A stretch of 64,000 bases of DNA from Phycisphaeraceae bacterium (GTDB lineage Bacteria; Planctomycetota; Phycisphaerae; Phycisphaerales; Phycisphaeraceae): assembly GCA_963674705.1 (NCBI GenBank), contig OY771506.1, positions 2,720,001-2,784,000 of the forward strand, given 5' to 3'. A program made the translations under genes and the position numbers. Below are positions 28,041 through 37,807 of the stretch, piece by piece. Below the pieces are notes generated by a model, which made no database searches, was not told the origin of the DNA, and was given only the letters and a program-made list of their open reading frames with translations. Numbering within the stretch: the first letter of the stretch is position 1; the number at the start of each line of letters is the position of its first letter.

Positions 28041-28898
28041 ATGAATCAGGACAATCGCAAATATACGAGAGTCGAAGAGGTATTGGGAGCAACAGAGGAC
28101 ACATTGTTGTCGCTTGAAGTTGAAGCGCGATTACGCACCCGATTAAACAAGCTTCGCCAAAAGATGGAAGCTGAATGCCATAACCCCTGCGTTTGGAAGC
28201 GGCAGTGGTACATCAGGGGCTCCTTCGGAATAGCCGCATTGGTTGCTCTGAGCCTGTTGCTTTTGCCTGTCTTTACCGGTAATGCGCAGCAGTCACTCTA
28301 TGCACAAGTTCGCGACGCTATGAGCAGACAGGATGTATTACACATCACTGTCCGGTTCGAGGCAGACAGTGAATCCGGAAGTAATGAACTGTGGTTCCAG
28401 AGGGGAACTGGCTTCTATTGGGAACAGCACCCTGCAAATGAGACTGAGATTGTAGTTGATAACGGTGTTAACTCATGGTGTTACTCATCGACAAGAATAC
28501 TCGATGGTAATTACCCAGCAGGTACGGTCATTAAAGGCCCCAGTGTGCTGGCGTCAATAGTTGAAGAACTTCTTTCGGAGATCACAGAGGTCCACGAATC
28601 TGTTTTGACAAATGAACAGTATGTAATTGAAGGCGAACAGGTCATCGATGGTGTCAAGTGTAGGCAGTTCCGAGATGTTATTGGTGAGAACTGGCGAGAA
28701 TCGGTCTGGCTTGATGATCAGAATCGCTATCGTCGGGTAGAGATACAAGTACGAAGAGACGGGCAATGGCAAACGCAGAGTCTGACCGAGTACCAGTATG
28801 ATGTTGCGGTTCCTCCGGATATATTTGTGCCCAACCTACCAGACAACGCACTTTGGCTGCTGAAGATTGAGCCCGATCAGAATCAGAGCAACAACTAG
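28041..28898 (+). CDS. Putative anti-sigma factor: single TM plus periplasmic LolA/RseB-like domain
   Basis: Directly follows ECF gene; one TM; VWLD..YDVAVPPDIFVP ending typical of the LolA-like fold. Confidence 0.6.
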   Translation: MNQDNRKYTRVEEVLGATEDTLLSLEVEARLRTRLNKLRQKMEAECHNPCVWKRQWYIRGSFGIAALVALSLLLLPVFTGNAQQSLYAQVRDAMSRQDVLHITVRFEADSESGSNELWFQRGTGFYWEQHPANETEIVVDNGVNSWCYSSTRILDGNYPAGTVIKGPSVLASIVEELLSEITEVHESVLTNEQYVIEGEQVIDGVKCRQFRDVIGENWRESVWLDDQNRYRRVEIQVRRDGQWQTQSLTEYQYDVAVPPDIFVPNLPDNALWLLKIEPDQNQSNN

Positions 28899-28901
28899 TT
28901 C

Positions 28902-29141
28902 ATGTCAGCGGGTTTGCGTGAAGTTCTCGAAATCGATCAGTTGCCAAGCGGACATTGGTACGCTTCCAAGCATCGACTCACCACCTACGACGACCCCGAA
29001 TCCGTCACAACCGGTTACTCTGTCACCTGGAATGTCGATGTTCGGGTGCTTGATGAGGGAAGTTTCCCGGCTGATTTCTTTGACGGCCGAAATCTGCTGG
29101 AACAAGCTAAGGAGGCGGGGGCAGACATCGAAACGCAATAA
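28902..29141 (+). pseudogene. Short in-frame ORF after an amber stop; possible C-terminal fragment
   Basis: Same frame as 28041-28898, separated only by TAG-TTC; no RBS. Confidence 0.35.
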
Positions 29142-29249
29142 CCCGCGGACAGCATTATCCCCTTGCTTGAGCGCCGCCGCAGCTTGGCTATCATGGCGGG
29201 TCTACCCAGAACAACCACCCCCTGAACCCTCAAATCAAGGACAAAAACC

Positions 29250-30203
29250 ATGCCTAAGCGTGCGAAAATCTCTGTTATCGGTGGCGGCAACGTCGGCGCT
29301 AGTTGTGCCCTCTGGGCCGCGAGCAAGGAACTGGGCGATATCGTCGTTCTCGATATCCCCGACGCGGAGGGCATGGTCAAGGGCAAGATGCTGGACCTGG
29401 CCCAGTGCGGCCCGATGGAGCGCTTCGACTGCAATATCACCGGCACCGCCGACTACGCGGACATCGCCGGCTCGGACGTCGTCGTCGTTACCGCCGGCAT
29501 CCCGCGCAAGCCCGGCATGAGCCGTGATGACCTGATCGCGACCAACGTCAAGATCGTCAAGAGCGTCAGCGAGAACATCAAGAAGTATGCCCCGGACTCG
29601 ATCGTCATCCTGGTCAGCAATCCGCTGGACGCGATGGTCTACACCGCCTGGAAGACCACGGGCTTCCCGACCAGCCGCATCATCGGCCAGGCCGGCTGCC
29701 TCGACGTCGCCCGCTTCAAGACATTCATCGCGATGGAAACCGGCTTCAGCGTCGAAGACATCAACGCACTATTGCTCGGTGGTCACGGCGACACCATGGT
29801 CCCGCTGCCGCGCTACACCAACATCGCCGGCATCCCCGTCACTCAATTCATCAGCGAAGAACGTCTGAATGAGATCGTCGAGCGAGCCAAGGTCGGCGGC
29901 GGCGAGATCGTCAAGCTCATGGGCACCAGCGCCTACTACGCCCCGGCGCTCGGCGTCATCGACATGGTCGAAGCCATCGTCAAGGACAAGAAGCGCATCC
30001 TCCCCTGCGCCGCCTATTGCGACAAGGAATACGGCGTGGGTGGTTTCTTCGTCGGTGTCCCGATCGTTCTTGGCGCTGCCGGTGTCGAGAAGGTACTCGA
30101 GATCGACCTCAACGCTGAGGAACAGAAGCTGATGGACGAATCCACCAAGCATGTGGCCGAGCTGGTCGAAGTCGTTCAGAAGACCTTCCCCGAACTGGCG
30201 TAA
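29250..30203 (+). CDS. mdh: Malate dehydrogenase (LDH-like)
   Basis: IGGGNVG, TAGIPRKPGMSRDDL, SNPLDAM, LDVARF, GGHGD. Confidence 0.95.
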   Translation: MPKRAKISVIGGGNVGASCALWAASKELGDIVVLDIPDAEGMVKGKMLDLAQCGPMERFDCNITGTADYADIAGSDVVVVTAGIPRKPGMSRDDLIATNVKIVKSVSENIKKYAPDSIVILVSNPLDAMVYTAWKTTGFPTSRIIGQAGCLDVARFKTFIAMETGFSVEDINALLLGGHGDTMVPLPRYTNIAGIPVTQFISEERLNEIVERAKVGGGEIVKLMGTSAYYAPALGVIDMVEAIVKDKKRILPCAAYCDKEYGVGGFFVGVPIVLGAAGVEKVLEIDLNAEEQKLMDESTKHVAELVEVVQKTFPELA

Positions 30204-30232
30204 CATTCTAGGTTTGGCCAAATTCGTATTGA

Positions 30233-30267
30233 ACAAGTGCTCGGACCCTTACGGTTCGAGCACTTGT
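30233..30267. terminator. Hairpin between convergent mdh and PEP-CTERM gene
   Basis: ACAAGTGCTCGGACC/GGTTCGAGCACTTGT inverted repeat. Confidence 0.65.
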
Positions 30268-30305
30268 CAATTAATTGCTGTAATAAACCGAGATGATGTT
30301 GCCAA

Positions 30306-31010
30306 TCAACGGGTTCGCCTGAGTGCGGCAATGCTGCCAACAATGAGAATTGTAAAGGATCCTGGTTCCGGCCCTGGTAAAATATTTAGATAGGTCTTTG
30401 CGGTCGTGTAGACATGAAAGCGATTTCCGCTGGTAGCAGACCAGATATCATCGTATGAATAAAACCAGTATTCTTCAGGGTTTTCATTCAAATAACGATA
30501 GTAGCCTATACTGAATTCTGCGGTTACTTGTTTTCCAGGAGTGAATAATTCATTGTAGATTGGATCATCGGGCAAGATTGTAAGTTGGACGGTGGATTCG
30601 CCTATTGGGACAAAGTCGTAGCGGGTATCTCCGAGGATTGACCACATACCACCAGCGACCGTACTCGCTACAGGTTCCCGTCCTAGTAAAAGATCAAAGG
30701 TACTTGGTAGTGGAGGTGGTATTGACTCGTCGTCAAAACTGGCGATGGGTTCGGGGATGGATGTGTAAGATAGCGGTAGGGAGCCAATCGAACTTGCATC
30801 ATAACTGGCGGTAATCTTCACCGGGTGGCCAAAGCGTATGTTATGTTCAGGCGAGATTGGTTCAATCGGATGAGTAGACTCGTAATACCAATCATTGGAA
30901 TAATTGTCGTCAACAATACTGAGGGTCGATTGTGCCGGTTGGATAACTGAAAGGCACATGAAGGTTGCCATTAACAATGGCAATAGGTGGAGATGTTTTC
31001 CCGGATACAT
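30306..31010 (-). CDS. PEP-CTERM-like exported protein (variant sorting signal)
   Basis: Signal peptide (..VIQPAQS); C-terminus LPGPEPGSFTILIVGSIAALRRTR; AT-rich. Confidence 0.65.
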   Translation of the reverse strand: MYPGKHLHLLPLLMATFMCLSVIQPAQSTLSIVDDNYSNDWYYESTHPIEPISPEHNIRFGHPVKITASYDASSIGSLPLSYTSIPEPIASFDDESIPPPLPSTFDLLLGREPVASTVAGGMWSILGDTRYDFVPIGESTVQLTILPDDPIYNELFTPGKQVTAEFSIGYYRYLNENPEEYWFYSYDDIWSATSGNRFHVYTTAKTYLNILPGPEPGSFTILIVGSIAALRRTR

Positions 31011-31274
31011 GAAGATGCTACTCCAGTAAGCTGATTGTGTGGAAGGTGCTTTTTTTGTGAATAAAAAAAACGAAACACCATCATTGCTTGATCGACTTTG
31101 CCATATACAAACGGCGGCGGATGACAAGCAGTCCCTGATATATTAACTGGCAACCACTTATAACACAATGCCATCTTAATATTTGGCATATTTTATTCCT
31201 TCCCGGATAAATATCTGCTATTCGTCGTCTTGATAATGTAAGACGATTAAATACCCAGATACCCCGAGGGGTGT

Positions 31275-31769
31275 GTGTCAGACAGGCTTATTCGAAAACT
31301 TGACCAGCTATACCGGACGCACCGTGACCAGATGTACTTTTATGCGCTGGGGATCACTGGTTGTACCGAGCGGGCTGAGGACGCGGTGCATGATGCGTTT
31401 GTGAAGCTGTTCAAGCTGACAAAACAGCCACGGCAACTGCGGGCGTATGTATTCCAGGCGGTGCGTAACGCTGCGATAGATCAATTGAGAAAGGCCGGCA
31501 ACGAGAAGACGGTTGATGTGGATTGCACGGGTCTGTATGTGCTGCCGGAGAACCGGGGCGAACGGGCCGAGGTACAGCAGCAGATTATCCAAGCGATTGA
31601 AGGGCTGGACCCACAGCGCAGAGAGGTTGTTGTAATGCGTTTGAATATGGGATTACGTTTCCGTGAGATCGCCAAGGTGTTGAATATCCCATGCGGGACG
31701 GTCGCTTCGCGTTATCAGCGCGGCATCGAAGATATTCGCTGCAAGCTGAAGGAGAACGGATATGAGTAA
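31275..31769 (+). CDS. ECF RNA polymerase sigma factor
   Basis: AEDAVHDAF, YVFQAVRNAAID, FREIAKVLNIPCGTVASRYQRG. Confidence 0.92.
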   Translation: MSDRLIRKLDQLYRTHRDQMYFYALGITGCTERAEDAVHDAFVKLFKLTKQPRQLRAYVFQAVRNAAIDQLRKAGNEKTVDVDCTGLYVLPENRGERAEVQQQIIQAIEGLDPQRREVVVMRLNMGLRFREIAKVLNIPCGTVASRYQRGIEDIRCKLKENGYE

Positions 31770-32130
31770 ACGTGACATCACGCGCGATATTCATGAACTG
31801 AAAACCGTCACGCCCTCGGCAAAGTTGGATAGGCGTATCCAGCACGCCAGAGATGCGGCGATACATACACAAACTCCGTCACATCCCATTCGATTTGGTT
31901 GGGCCGCGATCTTTGGCATCGGCATGGGAGTAGCGGGTTTCGGGATCGGGTTTGTCGTGGCGTTGAACCTGGGCAAAGAACCTGTGCCGACCGAATCTGT
32001 CGAGGTGCCCGTGCAATGGGTTTCGCAGCCGGTCGACCTGAAGTCATTCGACTTAACCCAGCAGCCCGATCCGCCATTCGGGCGTTACTTTGAACGGATG
32101 AACAACATGGAACAAGGGGTTCAGCAATGA
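31762..32130 (+). CDS. Putative single-TM anti-sigma factor
   Basis: Overlaps ECF stop; short cytoplasmic part, Gly-rich TM. Confidence 0.6.
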   Translation: MSKRDITRDIHELKTVTPSAKLDRRIQHARDAAIHTQTPSHPIRFGWAAIFGIGMGVAGFGIGFVVALNLGKEPVPTESVEVPVQWVSQPVDLKSFDLTQQPDPPFGRYFERMNNMEQGVQQ

Positions 32131-32909
32131 GGTATTCAATCGCTTTCGGATGGTTCGTTGCGTTGGTGGTGTTATGTACTTCGAATGTGGCCGTTCTCGC
32201 GCAGGAGAATGCCGAGGCAACAATTGAGCCGTCAACCTCCAGACAAAAAACCTACGTCGTCGAATGGCGGATTACGCAACTTAACGCCTCGATCAGTGGG
32301 CAGACCTCACTTACCGAGGATATTGGCCTGCGTGATGAGCAAGGCCACCTTGTCGCGATGTCAGGCCCTTTTACGTTTTTTACACAGGCGGACCTGACCG
32401 TCGGGGATATGGCATTCAAGTTTGATCAAAATGGAGAGAAGTGGGACGGCCAGAAGATGCCCACCCATTTTGACCAGGCGAAGGTGTTGACTACGCCTAT
32501 GGTGGTAACCCTGCCGGACCATGAATCGGCCATATTTATCGGTGGAACCGAGGCATTTCAATATATGCAGCGTCAAGCGGACGGGCGGTTTGCGCTTGAC
32601 AGCGTGGCCTTGGAAGTGGGGATCAAGATTGCGTTTAAGGTAATCCCCGAAAAGGATAAGTGGGTGAGGTTGTCACCGCTGGTGATACAGGTCTGCTCGG
32701 TACAGGATCGTGAACCTATCGATGGTGTGGACCTGAATATCGGAAAGCCAATCGTGACTAAGGAGGAATCTGAGTTGGATCTGATGGTCGAGAAAGGCAG
32801 GCCCTACGGCATCCAATGGCGGACCCATGGTCGTGGCGTGCTGTTGATCACGCTGAAAGTCACAGAGGTTGATGAACCGGAGAAGTCGCAAACCGAACCA
32901 GGCCGCTAA
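32127..32909 (+). CDS. Exported protein with secretin-like C-terminal beta segment
   Basis: Signal peptide; KVLTTPMVVTLPDHESAIFIG...EVGIKIAFKV resembles the secretin motif; ATGA-coupled. Confidence 0.5.
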   Translation: MRYSIAFGWFVALVVLCTSNVAVLAQENAEATIEPSTSRQKTYVVEWRITQLNASISGQTSLTEDIGLRDEQGHLVAMSGPFTFFTQADLTVGDMAFKFDQNGEKWDGQKMPTHFDQAKVLTTPMVVTLPDHESAIFIGGTEAFQYMQRQADGRFALDSVALEVGIKIAFKVIPEKDKWVRLSPLVIQVCSVQDREPIDGVDLNIGKPIVTKEESELDLMVEKGRPYGIQWRTHGRGVLLITLKVTEVDEPEKSQTEPGR

Positions 32910-33045
32910 CCTCTCCCGGGAATGAACATGTCTGATGATCAGCGGTGTAGTTGATCGCGATCAAGTCTTCAGAAGCCGAGGTGCCTGAATCGTCCGATAA
33001 CAACTAAGTTGCTTGCATGCACCATCCCCCAGCCGAAATGAATAA

Positions 33046-33079
33046 CGCCTGCCCAGGTAAGTGGGGCAGGCGCTTTTTT
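33046..33079 (+). terminator. Intrinsic terminator
   Basis: CGCCTGCCC/GGGCAGGCG stem followed by CTTTTTT. Confidence 0.7.
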
Positions 33080-33410
33080 AATCAACCTGTTAGGATCGGG
33101 TCCCGTTCGTCGATCTAGCAAAGGGCCGCGAACGTTAAGAACGCAAGGATGAGGATCTTACGGCGTTTGGCGATCTGATCAGCGTTCATGACAAATACGG
33201 CACTTAACATTGGGTATCTCCTCGTAAGGACACTAGGATACCATCAATGGCCGTGCCAATGTGGTGTAAAAGCCACGTAAATATTATTAATCCTTATTTG
33301 ACAATAATATGAAAATTTTGAATCTGGTTCATAACAAGTCCGATAAACGCTGGATGTGGTTTTTGGGCAACAGCAAAACCACTCGTGTGGGGCGTCAGAG
33401 CGTCGTGTGG

Positions 33411-35429
33411 ATGCAACATGCATTATCGGGCCTGGTACTGCTGATGCTGCTGGCTACCACAGCAACCGCCCAGCAACCTCAAGAAAGTCAGATCGAAGCG
33501 CCGCTTCTGGATGTGTCCCATGGCCTGCGGGCCTACCACCTTGTTGAGGACCTGCTCGCGGAGCAGCCTGACCAATCCGTTAATACCAGCCCAATCCCTG
33601 TAACCGGCTTACTCGGCGTCAAACTCACGTTGCGTACCCAAGGCATCGTCGTCGGGCACGGTGAAGCGTACCGGCAGGATATGGGCCTGGAATTGGATCA
33701 GCCCACCGGATCGATCGATCTGGTTCCGCTTATCCGCCAAGCCACGCAGCAAGCCAAGGCCGAGGTGGTTGAAAACCTGAATGATGCTCGGTTGCGGGCG
33801 CTGCTGGAAGGGCGGTCCATCCCGGACCCGGTTGAACTAACCGTGGCCGACGTCCATAGCCGGATCGTCGTGGACCTTGAACTGGCCTACGACCTGCAGC
33901 AGATCAAGATCCCTAATGATGCAAGGCAGGATGCTGTATTTGCTCAGTTTGCCCCGGGCTATCACGGCCTGGCATTTGTTAACCAGGCCACCGGTGCGCG
34001 GGCATGGATCTGGCCCGGTGAAGTCATCGCACGCAATATCGCCCCCGCCAGTCAACTGATGCTCGGGCTTAAGCAGATCGGCATCGACCGTTCATACGTC
34101 AGCCAACTGGCGAAACCCGACGGGCTTGCTCTCGCTCGATTCAAGACGATCCTGCTTGTACGACCGGCACCGGGGAAAGAACCTGTGCGGATCATCCGAA
34201 GCGGTGTCGATTCGCCGCGTTATGCATTGGAAGAGCGGCAACTCGAAAGTATGAGTGACCGCTTGATGCAGCACCTGGTTCAACGCTTTACTTCCGATGC
34301 TCAAATGCGCGGCACGTATCATCCCACCAGTGGCCGGTACGATCCGGATGTCGCAGCCGATGAGCAGGCGGCGCTGGCGTGCTATGCAATCGTGCATCAT
34401 GCGAAGTACCTGACGGACATACGTCCGCTTGCCCAGTCACATCTTGGTCACGCTGGGATCGCTTTGGATGCCGCCACATTGCTTGCAGGCAACGCCTTAG
34501 CCCAACAAGACCCGGACATACGTGTGCTGTCATTAACTTTACTGACCATGCTCGAAGCGCCGCCCGGCACCGCAGACAATGCATTGCGGGATCAGATCGG
34601 TCAACGTTTATTGAAAGAGCTATCGCGTCCGAACAAAGATGCCGAGGACGATTCACAACTTAACAGTGGTGCTTCCGCATTGGCGGCTGCGGCACTGGCG
34701 GGTTGGTATGAAAGAACCCGAAAGCCCGAGGTCGGCCAATTGGTCTCACAACTCATCGATTCGGTCTGGTCTGATGCACAGCCCGTCCCGAGTATCTCTG
34801 CACTGCCGTGGCTCATGCTGGCACAAGAGCAGGTTGGTGACCTGCTGGTCACGGATGATCAGGCACAAACTCACGATCAGCAACTTAAGCAACGTCGAAC
34901 AGTCATCGCCCATGTCATCGATCAATTATGCCAGTATCAGGTGATCGAAAAACCCGAGTTCGGGCCGGATGATGTGATGGGTGGTTTTGTCCTGAGCCCC
35001 GGCCCCGCAGGCAGCCCGCCAAACCCGGATTGGCGTAATGCTCAGCCTTTGATGCTGATTGCGATCGCACTGCGCGACGACGCCCTGACAGCCGACAACG
35101 ACAAACTTGGCTGGATGATTGCCGTGAGTTATTCGGCGCGTTTTGTCGAGCAGTTGATGATGAAGGATGTGAGTTGCTTCTACGTCCGTGATCCCGTCTC
35201 GGCTTTGAGTGGCGTCCGGATGGCGCCGTGGGACAACCGTTTGGCGTTAGCACCCACCGCGATGAGTTTGCTGGCGATCACCGAATTACAGACTTCGTTG
35301 CTGCAGATGCGCGGCGGGCCACCCGTTCAAAATCAAGAAGGTGACGCGAACGACGCACCAGAACAAACGTCAGATGAGATTCAGACAGATAACGCTCCCG
35401 AATCTGTGATCACGCCAAACGGGCCATGA
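33411..35429 (+). CDS. Large exported protein; degenerate AMMECR1-like N-domain plus helical C-domain
   Basis: Signal peptide (TTATA-QQ); GVKLTLR..G and FAPGYHGLAF..IWP motifs; start uncertain (33309-33411). Confidence 0.55.
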   Translation: MQHALSGLVLLMLLATTATAQQPQESQIEAPLLDVSHGLRAYHLVEDLLAEQPDQSVNTSPIPVTGLLGVKLTLRTQGIVVGHGEAYRQDMGLELDQPTGSIDLVPLIRQATQQAKAEVVENLNDARLRALLEGRSIPDPVELTVADVHSRIVVDLELAYDLQQIKIPNDARQDAVFAQFAPGYHGLAFVNQATGARAWIWPGEVIARNIAPASQLMLGLKQIGIDRSYVSQLAKPDGLALARFKTILLVRPAPGKEPVRIIRSGVDSPRYALEERQLESMSDRLMQHLVQRFTSDAQMRGTYHPTSGRYDPDVAADEQAALACYAIVHHAKYLTDIRPLAQSHLGHAGIALDAATLLAGNALAQQDPDIRVLSLTLLTMLEAPPGTADNALRDQIGQRLLKELSRPNKDAEDDSQLNSGASALAAAALAGWYERTRKPEVGQLVSQLIDSVWSDAQPVPSISALPWLMLAQEQVGDLLVTDDQAQTHDQQLKQRRTVIAHVIDQLCQYQVIEKPEFGPDDVMGGFVLSPGPAGSPPNPDWRNAQPLMLIAIALRDDALTADNDKLGWMIAVSYSARFVEQLMMKDVSCFYVRDPVSALSGVRMAPWDNRLALAPTAMSLLAITELQTSLLQMRGGPPVQNQEGDANDAPEQTSDEIQTDNAPESVITPNGP

Positions 35430-35460
35430 GCCATAGCACGATCGTTCACATGTACCCCGA

Positions 35461-35910
35461 TCAGCCGGCGGCCTCAATCGCGTTTACTTTTTCCAGGCGT
35501 CGGGCGTGACGTTCTTCATTGGAGAACTTCGCGCCGACGAACGCCTTGACCAACTCGAACGCAAGCGATTCACCGATGATTCTCGATCCCAGGCAGAGCA
35601 CATTCATGTCGTCGTGCTCTACACCTTGCCCCGCCGAGTACGTGTCGTGACACACCGCCGCGCGTACGCCGCGCTGCTTGTTCGCGGCCACACACGCCCC
35701 AACCCCGGAACCGCAAAGCAGCACGCCACGGTTCGCCTGCCCGTGCTGGATCGCCTGCCCGACGTAGCGAGCAAAATCCGGATAGTCATCCTTCGGATCG
35801 AACTCGTGAGCCCCAAGGTCTAATACCTCGTGGCCAAGGCTGCGGATCAACTCGGCAAGAGGTTGTTTGAGAGGGTACCCACCATGATCAGCGGCAATAG
35901 CGATTTTCAT
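35461..35910 (-). CDS. rpiB: Ribose-5-phosphate isomerase B
   Basis: IAADHGG, DDYPD, CGSGVG..AANK, NVLCLG, RHARR. Confidence 0.95.
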   Translation of the reverse strand: MKIAIAADHGGYPLKQPLAELIRSLGHEVLDLGAHEFDPKDDYPDFARYVGQAIQHGQANRGVLLCGSGVGACVAANKQRGVRAAVCHDTYSAGQGVEHDDMNVLCLGSRIIGESLAFELVKAFVGAKFSNEERHARRLEKVNAIEAAG

Positions 35911-36257
35911 AATAGTCTGATTCTCTTTGTGCTTATATCCAAACGGTCAACGGCAGCATTATCGCCAGGCCGCACATGATAGCAATCGCGTCCGATAAGT
36001 GCTTGCCTTGGTAGTGCAAGCAGATGTTTCAAACTTCTGTTCCATCGGTGACGGGTGTAGCATTCAGGTTGAGATCGATTAAACCTAACATGAGATTTGC
36101 ACTACAGGTTAACTCCAATCTTGCCGAATTTATCACCGACGCTGAAAGTAAACATGAGAAGCGTCGTGTTGTTTGTTGTGTGTACTGGCGGGGAGACATG
36201 TACCTACACGGACCAGGGCTGTTGTTTTTTTCTTCTTATTGACGTGGAAGGTCGGTA

Positions 36258-37769
36258 ATGGATCATCAATTATTGGGGCGTATTCTTGAATGCGAGCGGT
36301 TGCCAAGTTTCCCGGCGATCGCCGCACGTGTCATCGAGATGTGCAGTGATCATAGCGTGAGTATCCGTGAACTGGGTGAGGTGCTTTCTCACGATACCGC
36401 GATCTCCACCAAGATGCTGCGCACGATCAACAGTAGTTTCTACGGCCTGCGCCACCGGGTGACAACCGTCGAGCGCGCTACCGCCATGCTCGGGATCAGT
36501 GCGGTGAAAATGCTCGCCCTTGGCTTCAGCCTCGTACCACAACTCAAAGGCATGAACGGTGAGGACTTCGATCCCACCATCATCTGGAAACGCAGCCTCT
36601 TTGCATCGGTCGGCGCTCACACCATCGCGCGTGAAGTCAAATTCGATCACCACGAAGAAGCATTCATCGTCGGCCTCCTCCAGGACCTGGGTGTCATCGT
36701 CATGCTGCAGTCGCTGCGCGGCGAATACGTCAAGGTGATCCAGGATGTTATCGCAACACACAGCAAACTCATCACTGTCGAACGTCAACAGCTTCACCTG
36801 GATCACGCTGAAGTCGGCAAAGCCTTGTCGGAAAAATGGGGCCTGCCTGAAATACTCGTATCGTGTATCGGTTCGCACGAGGACCCCGAGAAAGCAGTGC
36901 CCGATTATCTGCCTCTGGTGCAATCGGTTGCTTTAGGCGCCAAGGCTGCGGACTGCTTCATTTGTCCGGAGGAACACCGCACTTCCAGCCTGAAGCAATA
37001 TCTCTACTTTGCCAACAAGTGGTTCGACCTGAACAACGACGTGGCCGGCCAGTACCTGGAGCAGATTCAGGAAGGCACACGTGAGTTGGGCAAACTCTTC
37101 GAAATCGAAAGTACGACAGAACAGTCAGCGTCCGACCTGATGTTGCAGGCCAACGAAGCATTGGCCGATCTCTCTGTGCAATCCATCCAGGAAGCACAGG
37201 AACTCAAGTACGAAAATGAAAACCTCAGCAGCCAGGCTCACTACGATCCGCTGACCAGTATCCTCAACCGTGGGGGTCTGGAACACATGCTCGAAAACGA
37301 ATGTCAGAATGCCTTTGAAACGAGTTCGCCACTGTCTTCAGTTTTCATCGATGCCGACAAGTTCAAGCCAATCAATGACACGTACGGCCATGCCACGGGC
37401 GACAAGGCATTGCAACTGATCGCGGCCTACATGAATGAATGTGCGCCTGAGGCCGGTCGTGTCGGCCGCTACGGCGGTGACGAATTCATGATGATCCTGC
37501 CGGGGATGGATGGTACTCAGGCAGCCGTGATCGCGGAGAAGGTCCGTCAGCGTATCCAGCAAGCCAGGATCGAAATCGAAAGCGGCGAGCAGGTCGGCCT
37601 GACCGTCAGCATCGGGATCTCGAGCTATACCGGATCATACGGCATGATATGCCAGGGCCGTGATCTCAAGAACGCGGCAGACAAAGCAATGTACGCCGCC
37701 AAAGGCGCAGGCGGAAACAAGATCTATCACCTGCCGCCGATCGATCAGCCCCAACAAAAAGCAGGCTGA
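36258..37769 (+). CDS. HDOD + GGDEF diguanylate cyclase
   Basis: LPSFP, INSSFYG, GLLQDLG, DHAEVG..KWGLP (HDOD); DKFKPINDTYGH, RYGGDEF. Confidence 0.92.
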   Translation: MDHQLLGRILECERLPSFPAIAARVIEMCSDHSVSIRELGEVLSHDTAISTKMLRTINSSFYGLRHRVTTVERATAMLGISAVKMLALGFSLVPQLKGMNGEDFDPTIIWKRSLFASVGAHTIAREVKFDHHEEAFIVGLLQDLGVIVMLQSLRGEYVKVIQDVIATHSKLITVERQQLHLDHAEVGKALSEKWGLPEILVSCIGSHEDPEKAVPDYLPLVQSVALGAKAADCFICPEEHRTSSLKQYLYFANKWFDLNNDVAGQYLEQIQEGTRELGKLFEIESTTEQSASDLMLQANEALADLSVQSIQEAQELKYENENLSSQAHYDPLTSILNRGGLEHMLENECQNAFETSSPLSSVFIDADKFKPINDTYGHATGDKALQLIAAYMNECAPEAGRVGRYGGDEFMMILPGMDGTQAAVIAEKVRQRIQQARIEIESGEQVGLTVSIGISSYTGSYGMICQGRDLKNAADKAMYAAKGAGGNKIYHLPPIDQPQQKAG

Positions 37770-37807
37770 TTCAGTCGGCTGGATACAAATCGGGATGTGC
37801 CCAAGCG

